Source: a bacterium
Lineage (GTDB): Bacteria > Zhuqueibacterota > Zhuqueibacteria > Residuimicrobiales > Krinioviventaceae
Direction: 5' to 3'
Length of the DNA stretch: 64,000 nucleotides
Assembly (NCBI GenBank): GCA_963674595.2
Contig: CAXXFV010000006.1
Location: 96,001-160,000 of the forward strand
The translations under genes and the position numbers were made by a program. Position 1 is the stretch's first letter; the number at the start of each line of letters is the position of its first letter. Positions 51,139-61,821 of the stretch are shown here, one piece after another. A model generated the notes under the pieces. The model saw nothing but the letters and a program-made list of their open reading frames with translations. It ran no database searches and was not told the DNA's origin.

Positions 51139-52074
51139 ATGTTACAACAAAAACGTTCTCTAGTTTCAATGACTATTGCGCTAGTCATTATTATGGTTGG
51201 ATTGTTACTCGTCTGTGCTCAGCAACGCAGCAATGTTGCACCCGGTGAAGACCTTTCGATGGACGATGAACAATTTCGACAGGAACTACTTGACATGCTG
51301 GACCTGGTTGATGAACCTCAGGATACGACATCATTTGATGAATTGGGTTTAACAGATGATAATCAGTCGGATGAGGTGTTGTCATTATTAGTTCCGGATC
51401 GAGAAGAAACACCAGAGGTTATTGACACAACACCAAGAGCAAGTGCATCTACAATGGGTCTTTCGGAAGAAATGTTTGTAAATGTTCAGAATGATATAAG
51501 TCGTCTGGAAAATTTGCTTGAAGAAAGAAGTGCTTCGGTTGACAGCCTGAAAAGGATCATCGAAAACAGAAATGTACGTCTTCAAAAAATTGAAAACCAG
51601 GTAACACAAAACAGAGAGCATCATATCGGAATGCCTTCAAAAACGACTGTATCACAACGTCCGAAAACAACGATAACACAAAAATCTACCACGAACAGTT
51701 CTTCAAGTCCGTTTATGGCAGAATATAAAAGTGCCCGTTCCTATTTTGAACGATTCGAATATCAAAATGCCATTCAGGAATTTAAAGATTTATTAAGCAG
51801 ATATCCGAATCACAAAATGGCAGATAATTGTCAATATTGGATAGGTGAGTGTTATTATGGAATGAAAGACTATAACACGGCTGTTATTGAATTACAAAAG
51901 GTATTTGCATATTCTGAAACTGATAAACATGATGATGCACAACTTATGATTGCCTTGTCTTATGTAAAATCCGGACAAAAAGACCGGGCCCAGGTAGAAT
52001 TTGAAAATTTTCTTAACAATTATTCAGGAAGTGAATATACCGCCATCGCACAAAAGTATCATAAAAATATCTAG
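51139..52074 (+). CDS. CpoB/YbgF-like coiled-coil + TPR envelope protein
   Basis: N-terminal hydrophobic segment with Cys, coiled coil, TPRs 'YPNHKMADNCQYWIGECYY' and 'KHDDAQLMIA'. Confidence 0.75.
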   Translation: MLQQKRSLVSMTIALVIIMVGLLLVCAQQRSNVAPGEDLSMDDEQFRQELLDMLDLVDEPQDTTSFDELGLTDDNQSDEVLSLLVPDREETPEVIDTTPRASASTMGLSEEMFVNVQNDISRLENLLEERSASVDSLKRIIENRNVRLQKIENQVTQNREHHIGMPSKTTVSQRPKTTITQKSTTNSSSSPFMAEYKSARSYFERFEYQNAIQEFKDLLSRYPNHKMADNCQYWIGECYYGMKDYNTAVIELQKVFAYSETDKHDDAQLMIALSYVKSGQKDRAQVEFENFLNNYSGSEYTAIAQKYHKNI

Positions 52075-52091
52075 ACCATTTTTCAAAGAGC

Positions 52092-55000
52092 ATGAATAAA
52101 TTGACCGAGTTTGTACACCTTCATAATCACTCACACTATAGTTTGTTAGACGGCGCATGCCGAATCAATGATCTTGTGTCCATGGCAGCAAAACATAAAA
52201 TGAAAGCATTGGCTTTAACTGACCATGGTAATATGTTTGGGGCTGCTGAATTTTATCAAAAATGTTTAAAAACCGGTATAAAACCAATTATTGGCAGTGA
52301 AGTTTATGTAGCGCCAAGAAGCCGGCTTGAAAAAAAAACTCGACCAGGTGACACGGCTACTGCCTATCATCTGGTTTTGTTATGTAAAAATGAAATCGGC
52401 TATAAAAACCTTATGAAGCTCGTTTCTCAGGGGTATATAGACGGGTTTTATTACAGGCCACGAATTGATAAAGAGCTGCTTAAACAGCATTCTAAAGGGC
52501 TTATTGCCCTCAGCGCTTGTCTTAAAGGTGAAGTTGCTCACAAATATTTAAAGCTTAATATTGACAGCGCTCGTGAAGCTTTGGATGAGTATAAGCAAAT
52601 TTTTGGTGATGATTTTTACCTTGAAGTGCAGGACCATGGTATCCCTGAAGAAGATCATGTTCGAAAAGGTATTTTTGAGCTGGCAAAAGAAAGCGGAACC
52701 AAGGTTGTTGCTACAAATGACATCCATTACCTTGAAAAATCACATCATGAAGCCCATGATGTTTTAATTTGTCTGCAAACCGGTAAAGATTATGACGATC
52801 CCAACCGAATGCGGTATACAACCCAGGAACTATATTTTAAAAGCGCTCAGGAAATGCTTGAGCTTTTCAGCGAAACTCCGGAAGTGCTTGAAAATACACT
52901 GGAAGTAGCGGACAAGTGTAATCTGTTAATGGATTTTGATACATATCATTTGCCGCATTTCAAAATTCCGGATGAAGACAATTCCAAAACGCTTGATGAA
53001 TATTTAAGAAAGCTGTCCTATCAGGGATTAGCAGAACGTTACCCGGAAATAACTCCCTATTTAAGAGAGCGGCTGGAATATGAATTAAAAATTATAAAAC
53101 AAATGGGGTATCCTGGTTATTTTTTAATTGTTTATGATTTTATTAATTATGCCAGACAGAATAACATTCCTGTAGGTCCCGGAAGAGGATCTGCCGCCGG
53201 AAGTTTGGTAGCTTATTGTCTTTATATTACCAACCTGGATCCAATTCAATATAATCTCATTTTTGAGCGTTTTTTAAATCCCGAACGTGTCAGCATGCCT
53301 GATATTGATATTGATTTTTGCTATGAACGCCGGGAAGAAGTGATTGATTATGTAAAACGTGAATACGGTTATGCAAATGTTTGTCAAATTATAACCTTTG
53401 GTACAATGGCCGCCAGGGGCGTCATTAGAGATGTTGGCCGTGTTTTGAAAATGAGTTACAGTGAAGTTGACCGAATTGCAAAATTAATTCCGGCACAGTT
53501 AAATATCAAGCTCGACGATGCAATTAAAAGTGTACCGGAACTAAAAGAGCTTGGGGAATTGGATGAACAGCACCGTAAACTTTTAACCTATTCCCGTGTT
53601 TTGGAAGGTTTGGCTCGACATGCTTCCACACATGCTGCCGGTGTTGTTATTACCCCTGAAGAGTTGACCAATTATGTTCCTCTTTATAAAACCAAAGATG
53701 ATGATATTACAACTCAATATGATATGAAAGTCCTGGAAGACGTTGGTCTTTTAAAGATGGACTTTTTGGGTTTACGGACTTTGACAGTTATTCAAAAAAC
53801 TGTTGATGCTATCCGGGCCAGAAATATTGACTTTAATATTGAAACGATTCCCCTTGACGACGCCAAAACTTTTGATCTTTTTGCAAACGCCAGAACAATC
53901 GGCGTTTTTCAGTTTGAAAGTTCGGGAATGCGTGAATACCTGAAAAAACTTGGACCAACATGTCTTGAAGATTTGATCGCTATGAATGCCCTTTATCGGC
54001 CTGGTCCGATGGATATGATTGATGATTTTATCAATCGTAAAAAAGGGCGAACGCCTATTGAATATCTGCATCCTCTTTTGGAAGATATTCTGAAAGAGAC
54101 CTATGGTATTGCGATCTATCAGGAACAGGTTATGAAAATGGCCAGCGATGTGGGCGGATTTACTCTTGGCGGCGCTGATCTTTTGCGGCGAGCTATGGGT
54201 AAGAAAAAGATCGAAATAATGATCGAGCAACGGACCATCTTTATCGAAGGTGCTGCGAAGAAAAATGTTAAAAAAGAAACCGCCAGCGCCATTTTTGACA
54301 TGATGGAAAAGTTTGCCGGATACGGTTTTAACAAATCTCATGCGGCTTGTTATTCTCTTGTCGCTTATCAAACCGGTTATTTAAAAGCCCACTATCCTGC
54401 TGAATTTATGGCGGCAACAATAAGCAGTGAAATGGGAAGCTCTAACCGGGTTACGATCCTTCTTGAAGAATGTAACCAACTGGGAATCAAAGTATTCCCG
54501 CCTGATGTCAACGAAAGTTTTGCTGATTTTATTGTTCATAACGACGGTATTCGTTTCGGACTTGGAGCCGTTAAAAATGTAGGTCGCGGTGCTATTGAAG
54601 CAATTGTTAAAGCACGCAAGAATTTTGGTAAATTTAAAACTATTTATGAACTTTGCAATGAAGTAGAGCTATCATCTGTAAATAAAAAAGTGTTTGAAAG
54701 TTTGACCGAAGCCGGTGCCATGGATAGTCTTGAAGGCACACGGGCTCAGCTTTTTAATACTGTTGAAACAGCTGTTGAATTTTCACAACGTTCAAAAGCA
54801 CATAACGCCCACGGACAAACAAGTATTTTTGACATGCAGGAAGAGACGGCCGCTATTGCAGCCCCGCCGTTGCCCGAGATTGAAGATTGGGACCAGACCG
54901 ACAAACTAAACCGTGAAAAAAATATTCTGGGTTTTTATCTTTCAGGACACCCACTTGATGATTTTCGGAACGAAATTCAAACTTTTTCAACCGTTACCCT

Positions 55001-55526
55001 GGACCATGTCAACGAATTGACGGATGGAACCGGTGTTCGAATTTGCGGTATTATTTCCGAGTTGAAAACTCATCTTGATCGAAAAAATCGGCCCATGGCC
55101 TTTTTTAAAATTGAAGATTTTACCGGGAACATTGAAGGTATTGCTTTTTCAGACGCCTATGAAAAATGCCGTGAATTATTAAAAGTTGAAGCGATGATTG
55201 TTGCATTGGGTAAAATTAATATTAAAGAAGCGGATTCTGCTAAAATCCTTGTAGACGAAATAATTTCACTGGAAGATGCACGAAACAGATTTACCAAAAG
55301 TTTATGTATAGCCCTTAATGTTTCCGTATTAACAGAAGATGTTGTTGCCCAAACAAAACAACTATTGGGTAATTTTAACGGTAATGTGCCTGTATATTTG
55401 AATATTAAAACAGGTGTTAACGGTAATTATATATTACGGGCTGATAATATTAAAGTTGATCCCTGCGTTGAACTGCTGGATCAGCTTCGTTCAAATATTG
55501 GACGAGAAAATGTTTGGGTTGGATAG
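52092..55526 (+). CDS. dnaE: DNA polymerase III alpha subunit
   Basis: 'FVHLHNHSHYSLLDGA', 'GPGRGSAAGS', 'FERFLNPERVSMPDIDIDF' and 'YGFNKSHAA'. Confidence 0.98.
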   Translation: MNKLTEFVHLHNHSHYSLLDGACRINDLVSMAAKHKMKALALTDHGNMFGAAEFYQKCLKTGIKPIIGSEVYVAPRSRLEKKTRPGDTATAYHLVLLCKNEIGYKNLMKLVSQGYIDGFYYRPRIDKELLKQHSKGLIALSACLKGEVAHKYLKLNIDSAREALDEYKQIFGDDFYLEVQDHGIPEEDHVRKGIFELAKESGTKVVATNDIHYLEKSHHEAHDVLICLQTGKDYDDPNRMRYTTQELYFKSAQEMLELFSETPEVLENTLEVADKCNLLMDFDTYHLPHFKIPDEDNSKTLDEYLRKLSYQGLAERYPEITPYLRERLEYELKIIKQMGYPGYFLIVYDFINYARQNNIPVGPGRGSAAGSLVAYCLYITNLDPIQYNLIFERFLNPERVSMPDIDIDFCYERREEVIDYVKREYGYANVCQIITFGTMAARGVIRDVGRVLKMSYSEVDRIAKLIPAQLNIKLDDAIKSVPELKELGELDEQHRKLLTYSRVLEGLARHASTHAAGVVITPEELTNYVPLYKTKDDDITTQYDMKVLEDVGLLKMDFLGLRTLTVIQKTVDAIRARNIDFNIETIPLDDAKTFDLFANARTIGVFQFESSGMREYLKKLGPTCLEDLIAMNALYRPGPMDMIDDFINRKKGRTPIEYLHPLLEDILKETYGIAIYQEQVMKMASDVGGFTLGGADLLRRAMGKKKIEIMIEQRTIFIEGAAKKNVKKETASAIFDMMEKFAGYGFNKSHAACYSLVAYQTGYLKAHYPAEFMAATISSEMGSSNRVTILLEECNQLGIKVFPPDVNESFADFIVHNDGIRFGLGAVKNVGRGAIEAIVKARKNFGKFKTIYELCNEVELSSVNKKVFESLTEAGAMDSLEGTRAQLFNTVETAVEFSQRSKAHNAHGQTSIFDMQEETAAIAAPPLPEIEDWDQTDKLNREKNILGFYLSGHPLDDFRNEIQTFSTVTLDHVNELTDGTGVRICGIISELKTHLDRKNRPMAFFKIEDFTGNIEGIAFSDAYEKCRELLKVEAMIVALGKINIKEADSAKILVDEIISLEDARNRFTKSLCIALNVSVLTEDVVAQTKQLLGNFNGNVPVYLNIKTGVNGNYILRADNIKVDPCVELLDQLRSNIGRENVWVG

Positions 55527-55599
55527 TTTATTTGCATTAGACAATTTAATATATCATTCAGATAAACAAATTTGAAATTTAATCCCTTGGGAGGGAAAG

Positions 55600-56199
55600 A
55601 TGATTGAAAAACTGATTGAACGCATCAAACTCATTCTAACCACACCTAAAGAAGCGTGGCTGGAAATTTCAGCAGAGGAAAAGACCCCCAAAGATATCGT
55701 TAAAGAATATCTGATTTACATTGCCGCTATTCCTGCTGTTGCTCAATTTATTGGTTTTAGTATTATTGGAACAAATTATCCTCTTGTAGGGCATATCCGA
55801 ACTCCTTTTTTCAGTGGGCTCTTATGGGCTGTCTTTTCATATCTGCTTACATTTGTTGGTATATATCTTATTGTTTATATTATTAATGCACTTGCGCCCA
55901 GCTTTCAGGCAGAAAAAGACGATAAACAAATTTTCAAATTAATTGCTTATAGTTATACTCCTTTTGCCGTTACCGGTATTTTCAATATCATTCCTTCATT
56001 AACTATTATACATGTGTTAGGTTTTTTATATGGTCTTTATGTTTTTTATATCGGCATGCCGACTTTATTAAAATACCCTGAAGATAAAAAGCTTTCTTAT
56101 ACAATAATGTGCGGTATTATCATTATTGTTGTAACTGTGATTATGAGAGGTATTGCCAATTTTGCCTTGGGTACTGATACTCCTCACCCAATGTTTTAA
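55600..56199 (+). CDS. Yip1 (DUF1282) family membrane protein
   Basis: 'ILTTPKEAW..I', about 5 TM segments, 'LAPSF', 'AYSYTP' and 'LYGLYVFYIG'. Confidence 0.85.
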   Translation: MIEKLIERIKLILTTPKEAWLEISAEEKTPKDIVKEYLIYIAAIPAVAQFIGFSIIGTNYPLVGHIRTPFFSGLLWAVFSYLLTFVGIYLIVYIINALAPSFQAEKDDKQIFKLIAYSYTPFAVTGIFNIIPSLTIIHVLGFLYGLYVFYIGMPTLLKYPEDKKLSYTIMCGIIIIVVTVIMRGIANFALGTDTPHPMF

Positions 56200-56217
56200 T
56201 TAAAGTTAAATTTTAGC

Positions 56218-56251
56218 GGGACATGTATAAATAAAACATGTCCCTTTATTT
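56218..56251 (+). terminator. Intrinsic terminator after the Yip1 gene
   Basis: GGGACATGT-9 nt-ACATGTCCC followed by TTTATTT. Confidence 0.65.
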
Positions 56252-56266
56252 AATGACTCATTTAAC

Positions 56267-56557
56267 ATGCCGTTATCTTTTTTTGAATCCTATCTTATCC
56301 TGATTATAGCTTTTGTTGTCGTATTTTTTATTACCAGAGCTATAAAAAAACGGATTGAAAAATACTATTCTGAAAATGCGGGATTTTATGTATACCTGCT
56401 TCCTGCGTTATTATCAATATATTATTTTTTAGCGCTGTTAAAATCATCAAATTATCAGATTTTATATCTGATATTTTGGTCGGTAATGGGCATTTTTTAT
56501 GGGATTTTATTTTGCCGGGATTTGAGCAAAATAAAAACCACAAAAAGACATGAATAA
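56267..56557 (+). CDS. Hypothetical small membrane protein (3 TM)
   Basis: 96-aa hydrophobic ORF filling the intergenic gap; no clear RBS. Confidence 0.45.
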   Translation: MPLSFFESYLILIIAFVVVFFITRAIKKRIEKYYSENAGFYVYLLPALLSIYYFLALLKSSNYQILYLIFWSVMGIFYGILFCRDLSKIKTTKRHE

Positions 56558-56634
56558 ACAGAAATATTTTAATTATTGGGTCAATGGATGTGTTGTGAAG
56601 GTGTTTGAAAGGAGACCTAATCCTCTTTTTCTCC

Positions 56635-56663
56635 TTGCATTTAAGAGAAATTTTTAATATAAT
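56635..56663 (+). promoter_or_regulatory. sigma70 promoter upstream of sppA (TTGCAT-17-TATAAT)
   Basis: TTGCAT ttaagagaaatttttaa TATAAT. Confidence 0.65.
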
Positions 56664-56742
56664 GAGGGTCGTATTTTAAATGAATTGTTATGCAGAGTAT
56701 CCTCTGTATTTATCGTTTCATTTTCTTTGGAATGAGAAGTAA

Positions 56743-57633
56743 ATGGCTCGAAAGAGAGACTGGATAATAGGCGGCGTTATACTCGCCGCAATTGGTGGTT
56801 TTTTTATACTTTTTGTTGTGCTTATTTTTAGCCTGGGTTCGTCCACAGATGTCTCCATTGGCGGCTCAGGAGGAAAAATTGCCGTTATAGAACTTGATGG
56901 AGTTATTACTTCTTCAAAAAAAATTGTTCGACAGTTTATTCGGTTTAATAAAAACGATCAGGTTAAAGCCATTGTTTTTCGCATTAACAGCCCTGGCGGC
57001 GGTGTTGCAGCTTCTCAGGAAATTTATGAACATGTTAAACGGGTCCGTGACGGCGGTAAACCTGTTATTGCGTCATTAGGGACTGTCGCTGCATCAGGCG
57101 GCTATTATGTGGCACTCGGTGCAGACTCTATTATGGCGAATCCCGGGACTACCACCGGAAGTATCGGTGTTATTGCTGAAATACCCAACCTGCGCCGTTT
57201 AATGGACAAGATAGGAATATCGTTTACAATTATAAAAAGCGGAAAATTTAAAGATACGGGTTCACCCTATCGTGACATTTCCGCTGAAGAATATCAATAT
57301 TTGCAACAATGGATCGATAGCGGTTATGAGCAGTTTATAGCTGCTGTTGCCAATGAACGTCACATGGACATCAAGAGTGTTAAAAAACTTGCTGACGGAA
57401 GAGTTTATTCTGGTGAGCAGGCTTTTCAACATGGTCTTATTGACACATTAGGAACTTTTCAGGACGCCATTGACCTGGCCGCACAGGTTGCCGGAATTTC
57501 CGGTGAACCCAGAATTATCCGTGAAAGACAGGAAAAGTTGACCATTATCGATTTATTAGGAAGCGATCTGAATAAATCTTTTAACGAATTTTTGGGAACC
57601 TGGCCGCGTGTCAAGTATCAATTATCGTTTTAA
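56743..57633 (+). CDS. sppA: Signal peptide peptidase SppA (36K type, S49)
   Basis: 'RINSPGG', 'AASGGYYVA', 'TGSIGV', 'KSGKFKD' and 'ADGRVY'. Confidence 0.95.
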   Translation: MARKRDWIIGGVILAAIGGFFILFVVLIFSLGSSTDVSIGGSGGKIAVIELDGVITSSKKIVRQFIRFNKNDQVKAIVFRINSPGGGVAASQEIYEHVKRVRDGGKPVIASLGTVAASGGYYVALGADSIMANPGTTTGSIGVIAEIPNLRRLMDKIGISFTIIKSGKFKDTGSPYRDISAEEYQYLQQWIDSGYEQFIAAVANERHMDIKSVKKLADGRVYSGEQAFQHGLIDTLGTFQDAIDLAAQVAGISGEPRIIRERQEKLTIIDLLGSDLNKSFNEFLGTWPRVKYQLSF

Positions 57634-57643
57634 AGAGTGATCT

Positions 57644-57880
57644 ATGCCGATTTATGAATATAATTGTTTGCAATGTAACAAGCGGTTTGAGGAACTGGTC
57701 CGAACAAAGGCTGATGAAATGAATATGGCATGTAATACATGCGGCAGTCAACAAATAGAACGCGCTGTTTCTGTTTGCGGTTTCTCATCCAAAGACAGCC
57801 ATGGACATGTTACTGCTTCATCACATTCAGGCAATAATTGCTCGGATTGTCATTCCCATTGTTGTGAAAATTGTCACTGA
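57644..57880 (+). CDS. FmdB-family zinc-ribbon protein
   Basis: MPIYEYNCLQC..FE..CNTCGS and a Cys-rich tail. Confidence 0.9.
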   Translation: MPIYEYNCLQCNKRFEELVRTKADEMNMACNTCGSQQIERAVSVCGFSSKDSHGHVTASSHSGNNCSDCHSHCCENCH

Positions 57881-57906
57881 GTTAAAAAAATAGCAAGGTA
57901 TTTATC

Positions 57907-58191
57907 GTGACCAAATCCGATATTATACAAATTGTTTCTGAAGGAACAGGTCTTTCAAAAGTTGAAACGCAAACGGTTTTAGAAGGTTTTTTTGCCACCG
58001 TTCGATATGCTATGAAACAAAATGATCGAGTGGAAATACGTGGTTTTGGCAGTTTTAAAAAAGTCAAAAGGAATGCACGAACAGCCCGCAATCCAAAGAC
58101 CAATGAATCTGTAGAGGTGCCCGAACATGATACTGTTGTGTTTCGACCGGCAAAAACCTTAAAGGCCTTTATCAATGAAAAAAATGATTAA
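57907..58191 (+). CDS. HU/IHF family DNA-binding protein
   Basis: 'MTKSDII', 'VEIRGFGSF', 'ARNPKT' and 'FRPAK'. Confidence 0.93.
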   Translation: MTKSDIIQIVSEGTGLSKVETQTVLEGFFATVRYAMKQNDRVEIRGFGSFKKVKRNARTARNPKTNESVEVPEHDTVVFRPAKTLKAFINEKND

Positions 58192-58228
58192 ATTTTATAA
58201 TAATTATTAAAGATAGGAGGTGATTGCT

Positions 58229-58321
58229 TTGCCAAGTGGGAAAAAACGTAAAAGACATAAAATAGCAACTCATAAGCGCAAAAAAAGACTGAGAAAAGAC
58301 AGACATAAAAAGAAAAAGTAA
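58229..58321 (+). CDS. 30-aa basic protein, AURKAIP1/COX24 (mS38/bS22-like) small ribosomal protein family
   Basis: AGGAGG RBS, TTG start, MPSGKKRKRHKIATHKRKKRLRKDRHKKKK*. Below the ORF-track length cutoff. Confidence 0.85.
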   Translation: MPSGKKRKRHKIATHKRKKRLRKDRHKKKK

Positions 58322-58330
58322 ATAGATTTT

Positions 58331-58359
58331 AGGGCTAAGACGAAACTCTTGGCCCTTTT
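58331..58359 (+). terminator. Intrinsic terminator after the small basic protein gene
   Basis: AGGGCTAAGA-cgaaac-TCTTGGCCCT followed by TTT. Confidence 0.65.
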
Positions 58360-58389
58360 AAGTTTGCAACAATTAAATTGGGCTGGTAG

Positions 58390-59634
58390 ATGGACTTTGG
58401 TTCCCTGATACATCAAGAAGACATTTATAGTGTTTCTGAGTTAACAAATGAAATTAAAATACTGCTTGAGACAGGTATTCCTCCAGTCTGGGTCCAGGGC
58501 GAATTGTCCAACTTTGTTCATCATTCGTCCGGGCACATGTACTTTTCCTTAAAAGACCGCGATTCTCAGATAAGTTGTGTTATGTGGCGAAGCCGAAATG
58601 CCGCCATGTTTTTTACGCCCCAGGATGGGATGAAAGTAAATGCTTTGGGACAGGTACGTGTATATGAAAAACGGGGAAACTACCAACTCGATATCGTAAA
58701 AATGATGCCTTCCGGTGTGGGAGAATTACAGCTTGCTTTTGATCAGTTGAAATCCAGATTACAGGAAGAGGGACTTTTTGATCAGCAGTATAAAAAAGCA
58801 ATACCGGAATTTCCCGAAAAAATTGGTGTTATTACATCACCGACCGGCGCCGTTATTCGCGATATCGTGAATGTTGTTAACAGACGTTTTCCCGCTGTTG
58901 AGTTGATTTTAAGACCTGTTCGGGTACAGGGTGAAGGCGCCTCTTTGGAAATTGCCGAGGCTGTTCGGGAAATGAATGAATACAATAAAGTTGATGTTAT
59001 CATTATTGCCCGTGGCGGGGGATCTTTGGAGGACCTTTGGGCATTTAATGAAGAAGTAACGGCGAGAGCAGTTTTTCAATCAGAGATTCCGGTTGTGTCT
59101 GCTGTTGGCCATGAAATTGATTTTACTATTTGCGATTTTGTTGCCGACCTCAGAGCTCCAACCCCCTCTGCTGCTGCTGAACTTGTTGTGCCGGATAAAC
59201 AGGAACTACTCCAGCGAATACAGGCCATACAGGAAGGTCATTATCAAATTTTGAACAATCGTCTTGCTGCCTATGGAAAACAGCTAGAGTATTTGAATGA
59301 ACATTATGGATTCAAACGAATCAGCGACAGAATTCGGCAATATAACCAGCAAATTGATGAACTTTTATATAAAATAAACACAATAATTGTAAATAGATTG
59401 AACAATAAGCAGGAAAAGATTGTTCAACTTTTTAAAAGGCTGCAAGGTCTTCATCCTCAATCCATTTTAAAACGTGGTTTCAGCATCTGTTTTTCAGAAA
59501 AGGACGGGACAATTATTCGTGATGCATCTGATTTGGCCCCGAATGATAAAATTTCTATTGATTTTTCATCCGGTCACGCCAAAGCACAGGTTAGTGAAAT
59601 TTCAACAAAACATTTTTCAATTTTGAAAAAATAA
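58390..59634 (+). CDS. xseA: Exodeoxyribonuclease VII large subunit
   Basis: 'VQGELSN..SGHMYFSLKD', 'ARGGGSLEDLWAFNEE' and 'AVGHEID..ADLRAPTPSAAAE'. Confidence 0.97.
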   Translation: MDFGSLIHQEDIYSVSELTNEIKILLETGIPPVWVQGELSNFVHHSSGHMYFSLKDRDSQISCVMWRSRNAAMFFTPQDGMKVNALGQVRVYEKRGNYQLDIVKMMPSGVGELQLAFDQLKSRLQEEGLFDQQYKKAIPEFPEKIGVITSPTGAVIRDIVNVVNRRFPAVELILRPVRVQGEGASLEIAEAVREMNEYNKVDVIIIARGGGSLEDLWAFNEEVTARAVFQSEIPVVSAVGHEIDFTICDFVADLRAPTPSAAAELVVPDKQELLQRIQAIQEGHYQILNNRLAAYGKQLEYLNEHYGFKRISDRIRQYNQQIDELLYKINTIIVNRLNNKQEKIVQLFKRLQGLHPQSILKRGFSICFSEKDGTIIRDASDLAPNDKISIDFSSGHAKAQVSEISTKHFSILKK

Positions 59635-59646
59635 GGTATAATATAT

Positions 59647-59871
59647 ATGAATAAAAAAAGTTTTGAATATGCCATGAATCGTCTTGAAGAAATTGCCGAG
59701 CAGCTCGAACAGGAAAACACCAGTCTTGAAGATTCACTTAGCTTGTTCGAAGAGGGAGCAGAACTTTACAAATTTTGCCATGAAAAACTTGAACAGGCGC
59801 AGGTAAATATAAAAACTTTGATTAAAGAGAATAATGGTTTTTCTGTTAAAGAAAGGTCATCCGAACTTTAA
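59647..59871 (+). CDS. xseB: Exodeoxyribonuclease VII small subunit
   Basis: 'SFEYAMNRLEEI..LE..SLEDSLSLFEEG'. Confidence 0.95.
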   Translation: MNKKSFEYAMNRLEEIAEQLEQENTSLEDSLSLFEEGAELYKFCHEKLEQAQVNIKTLIKENNGFSVKERSSEL

Positions 59872-59898
59872 AATTTCGCTAGAAACGAGAATGATAGA

Positions 59899-61818
59899 AT
59901 GAGTGATTTATTATCGCATATTAATTCCCCTAAAGATATAAAATCGTTTGACATACCGACACTGGCACAATTATCAAAAGAACTTCGAGAATATATTATA
60001 ACAAGCATAGCCAATACCGGTGGTCATTTGGCTCCTTCTCTAGGTGTGGTGGAACTGACATTGGTTTTACACCAAATTTTTAACACACCGGAAGATAAAA
60101 TTGTGTGGGATGTTGGGCATCAGGCCTATGCTCATAAAATATTAACCGGACGGCGTGATGAGTTTAAAAACATCCGCCAAAGCGGTGGAATAAGCGGGTT
60201 CCCCAAAATTAGTGAAAGTCCCTATGATGCTTTTGGTGTCGGGCATGCCAGCACAGCCATATCCGCTGCTTTTGGCTTGGCCTGCGGCAGAGACCTGTGC
60301 GGGGAAGACCATAAAGTGATTGCCGTGGTTGGCGACGGTGCGCTTACCGGTGGACTGGCATTTGAAGGTTTGAATAATGCCGGTGCTTCTCAAAGAGATA
60401 TGATTGTTATTTTAAACGATAACAGCATGTCTATTTCACCCAATGTTGGTGCCATTTCAAAATATCTTACCAATCTTATCTCAACTCCTTTATATAACCG
60501 GATAAAAACCGAAGTATGGCAGTTGACCGGCAAGTTTTCTCACATGGGACCGCGTATTCGCTGGGCGGCCCGACGTATTGAAGAAGGATTAAAAGGATTT
60601 TTAATTCCCGGACTTATATTTGAACGTCTCGGCTTCCGTTATTTTGGTCCTGTTGACGGACACAATATTGCCGGCTTGATACATTTATTTCGGGAGGTTA
60701 AAAAATTCCATGGACCTATTCTTGTCCATGTTTTGACCAAAAAGGGTAAAGGATTTAAACCGGCGGAAAAAAATGCGTCCGTTTTTCATGGACTTGGACG
60801 GTTTGATCCCAAGACCGGTAAAGTTGTTAAAAGTACGGCTGTTCCGACCTATACCAGTTTGTTCGGCAAAACCTTTGTAGATTTGGCTACAAAAAATGAA
60901 AAACTGGTCGGTATTACGGCCGCTATGGCGCTGGGGACCGGTTTGAGTGATTTTGCTGAAAAATTTCCATCACGATTTTTTGACGTCGGTATTGCTGAAG
61001 AACATGCTGTTACTTTTGCTGCCGGCCTGGCCACCAAAGGTCTTCATCCTGTTGTTGCCGTCTATTCCAGCTTTTTGCAACGCAGTTATGATCAAATTAT
61101 TCATGATGTCGCATTACAAAAATTACCTGTAATTTTTTCTATTGATCGGGCCGGTATCGTTGGTGACGATGGCCCCACGCATCATGGCTTGTTTGATTTG
61201 GCCTATCTTAGAACCGTTCCGGATATTGTTGTGATGGCGCCAAAAGATGAAAATGAGCTTGGACAAATGCTTTGGACGGCAACGCAATATCACGATGGTC
61301 CCGTTGCCCTTCGTTATCCCAGAGGGTGTGGTGAAAATGTTGATATTTCTTCTGAATATTCGACCATCCCTATAGGAACCAGTGAGGTCCTTAGACAGGG
61401 TTCGGAAGTTGCTATTATTGCTTTGGGACCTTTGGTTTACAAAGCATTGGAAGCTGCTCAAATTTTAGCTGATATGGACGGCCTTTCTGTAAAAGTTGTT
61501 AATGCTCGTTTTTTAAAACCTGTTGATGCCGAAATGCTGCAACGGATTGCCTCACGTTTTAAAATGGTCATTACTATTGAAGAAGGTATATTAAAAGGCG
61601 GTTTTGGAAGTCAAGTCGCTGAATTTTTCTCGGATCACAATATTAACCACATTGAACTGATTAGAATGGGCATTCCGGATGAGTTTGTGGAACAGGGTGA
61701 TCGTAAATTATTGCTGGAAAAATATGGATTATGCACACAGGGAATTTTGGAAACTGTCAGAAATTCCATGTTTTATAATCAAAGAATAAAAGCCAATGTT
61801 GTTTCAATTCATAAATAA
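59899..61818 (+). CDS. dxs: 1-deoxy-D-xylulose-5-phosphate synthase
   Basis: 'GGHLAPSLGVVELT', 'WDVGHQAY', 'GDGALTGG..EGLNN', 'DVGIAEEHAV' and 'DGPTHHG'. Confidence 0.98.
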   Translation: MSDLLSHINSPKDIKSFDIPTLAQLSKELREYIITSIANTGGHLAPSLGVVELTLVLHQIFNTPEDKIVWDVGHQAYAHKILTGRRDEFKNIRQSGGISGFPKISESPYDAFGVGHASTAISAAFGLACGRDLCGEDHKVIAVVGDGALTGGLAFEGLNNAGASQRDMIVILNDNSMSISPNVGAISKYLTNLISTPLYNRIKTEVWQLTGKFSHMGPRIRWAARRIEEGLKGFLIPGLIFERLGFRYFGPVDGHNIAGLIHLFREVKKFHGPILVHVLTKKGKGFKPAEKNASVFHGLGRFDPKTGKVVKSTAVPTYTSLFGKTFVDLATKNEKLVGITAAMALGTGLSDFAEKFPSRFFDVGIAEEHAVTFAAGLATKGLHPVVAVYSSFLQRSYDQIIHDVALQKLPVIFSIDRAGIVGDDGPTHHGLFDLAYLRTVPDIVVMAPKDENELGQMLWTATQYHDGPVALRYPRGCGENVDISSEYSTIPIGTSEVLRQGSEVAIIALGPLVYKALEAAQILADMDGLSVKVVNARFLKPVDAEMLQRIASRFKMVITIEEGILKGGFGSQVAEFFSDHNINHIELIRMGIPDEFVEQGDRKLLLEKYGLCTQGILETVRNSMFYNQRIKANVVSIHK

Positions 61819-61821
61819 ATT

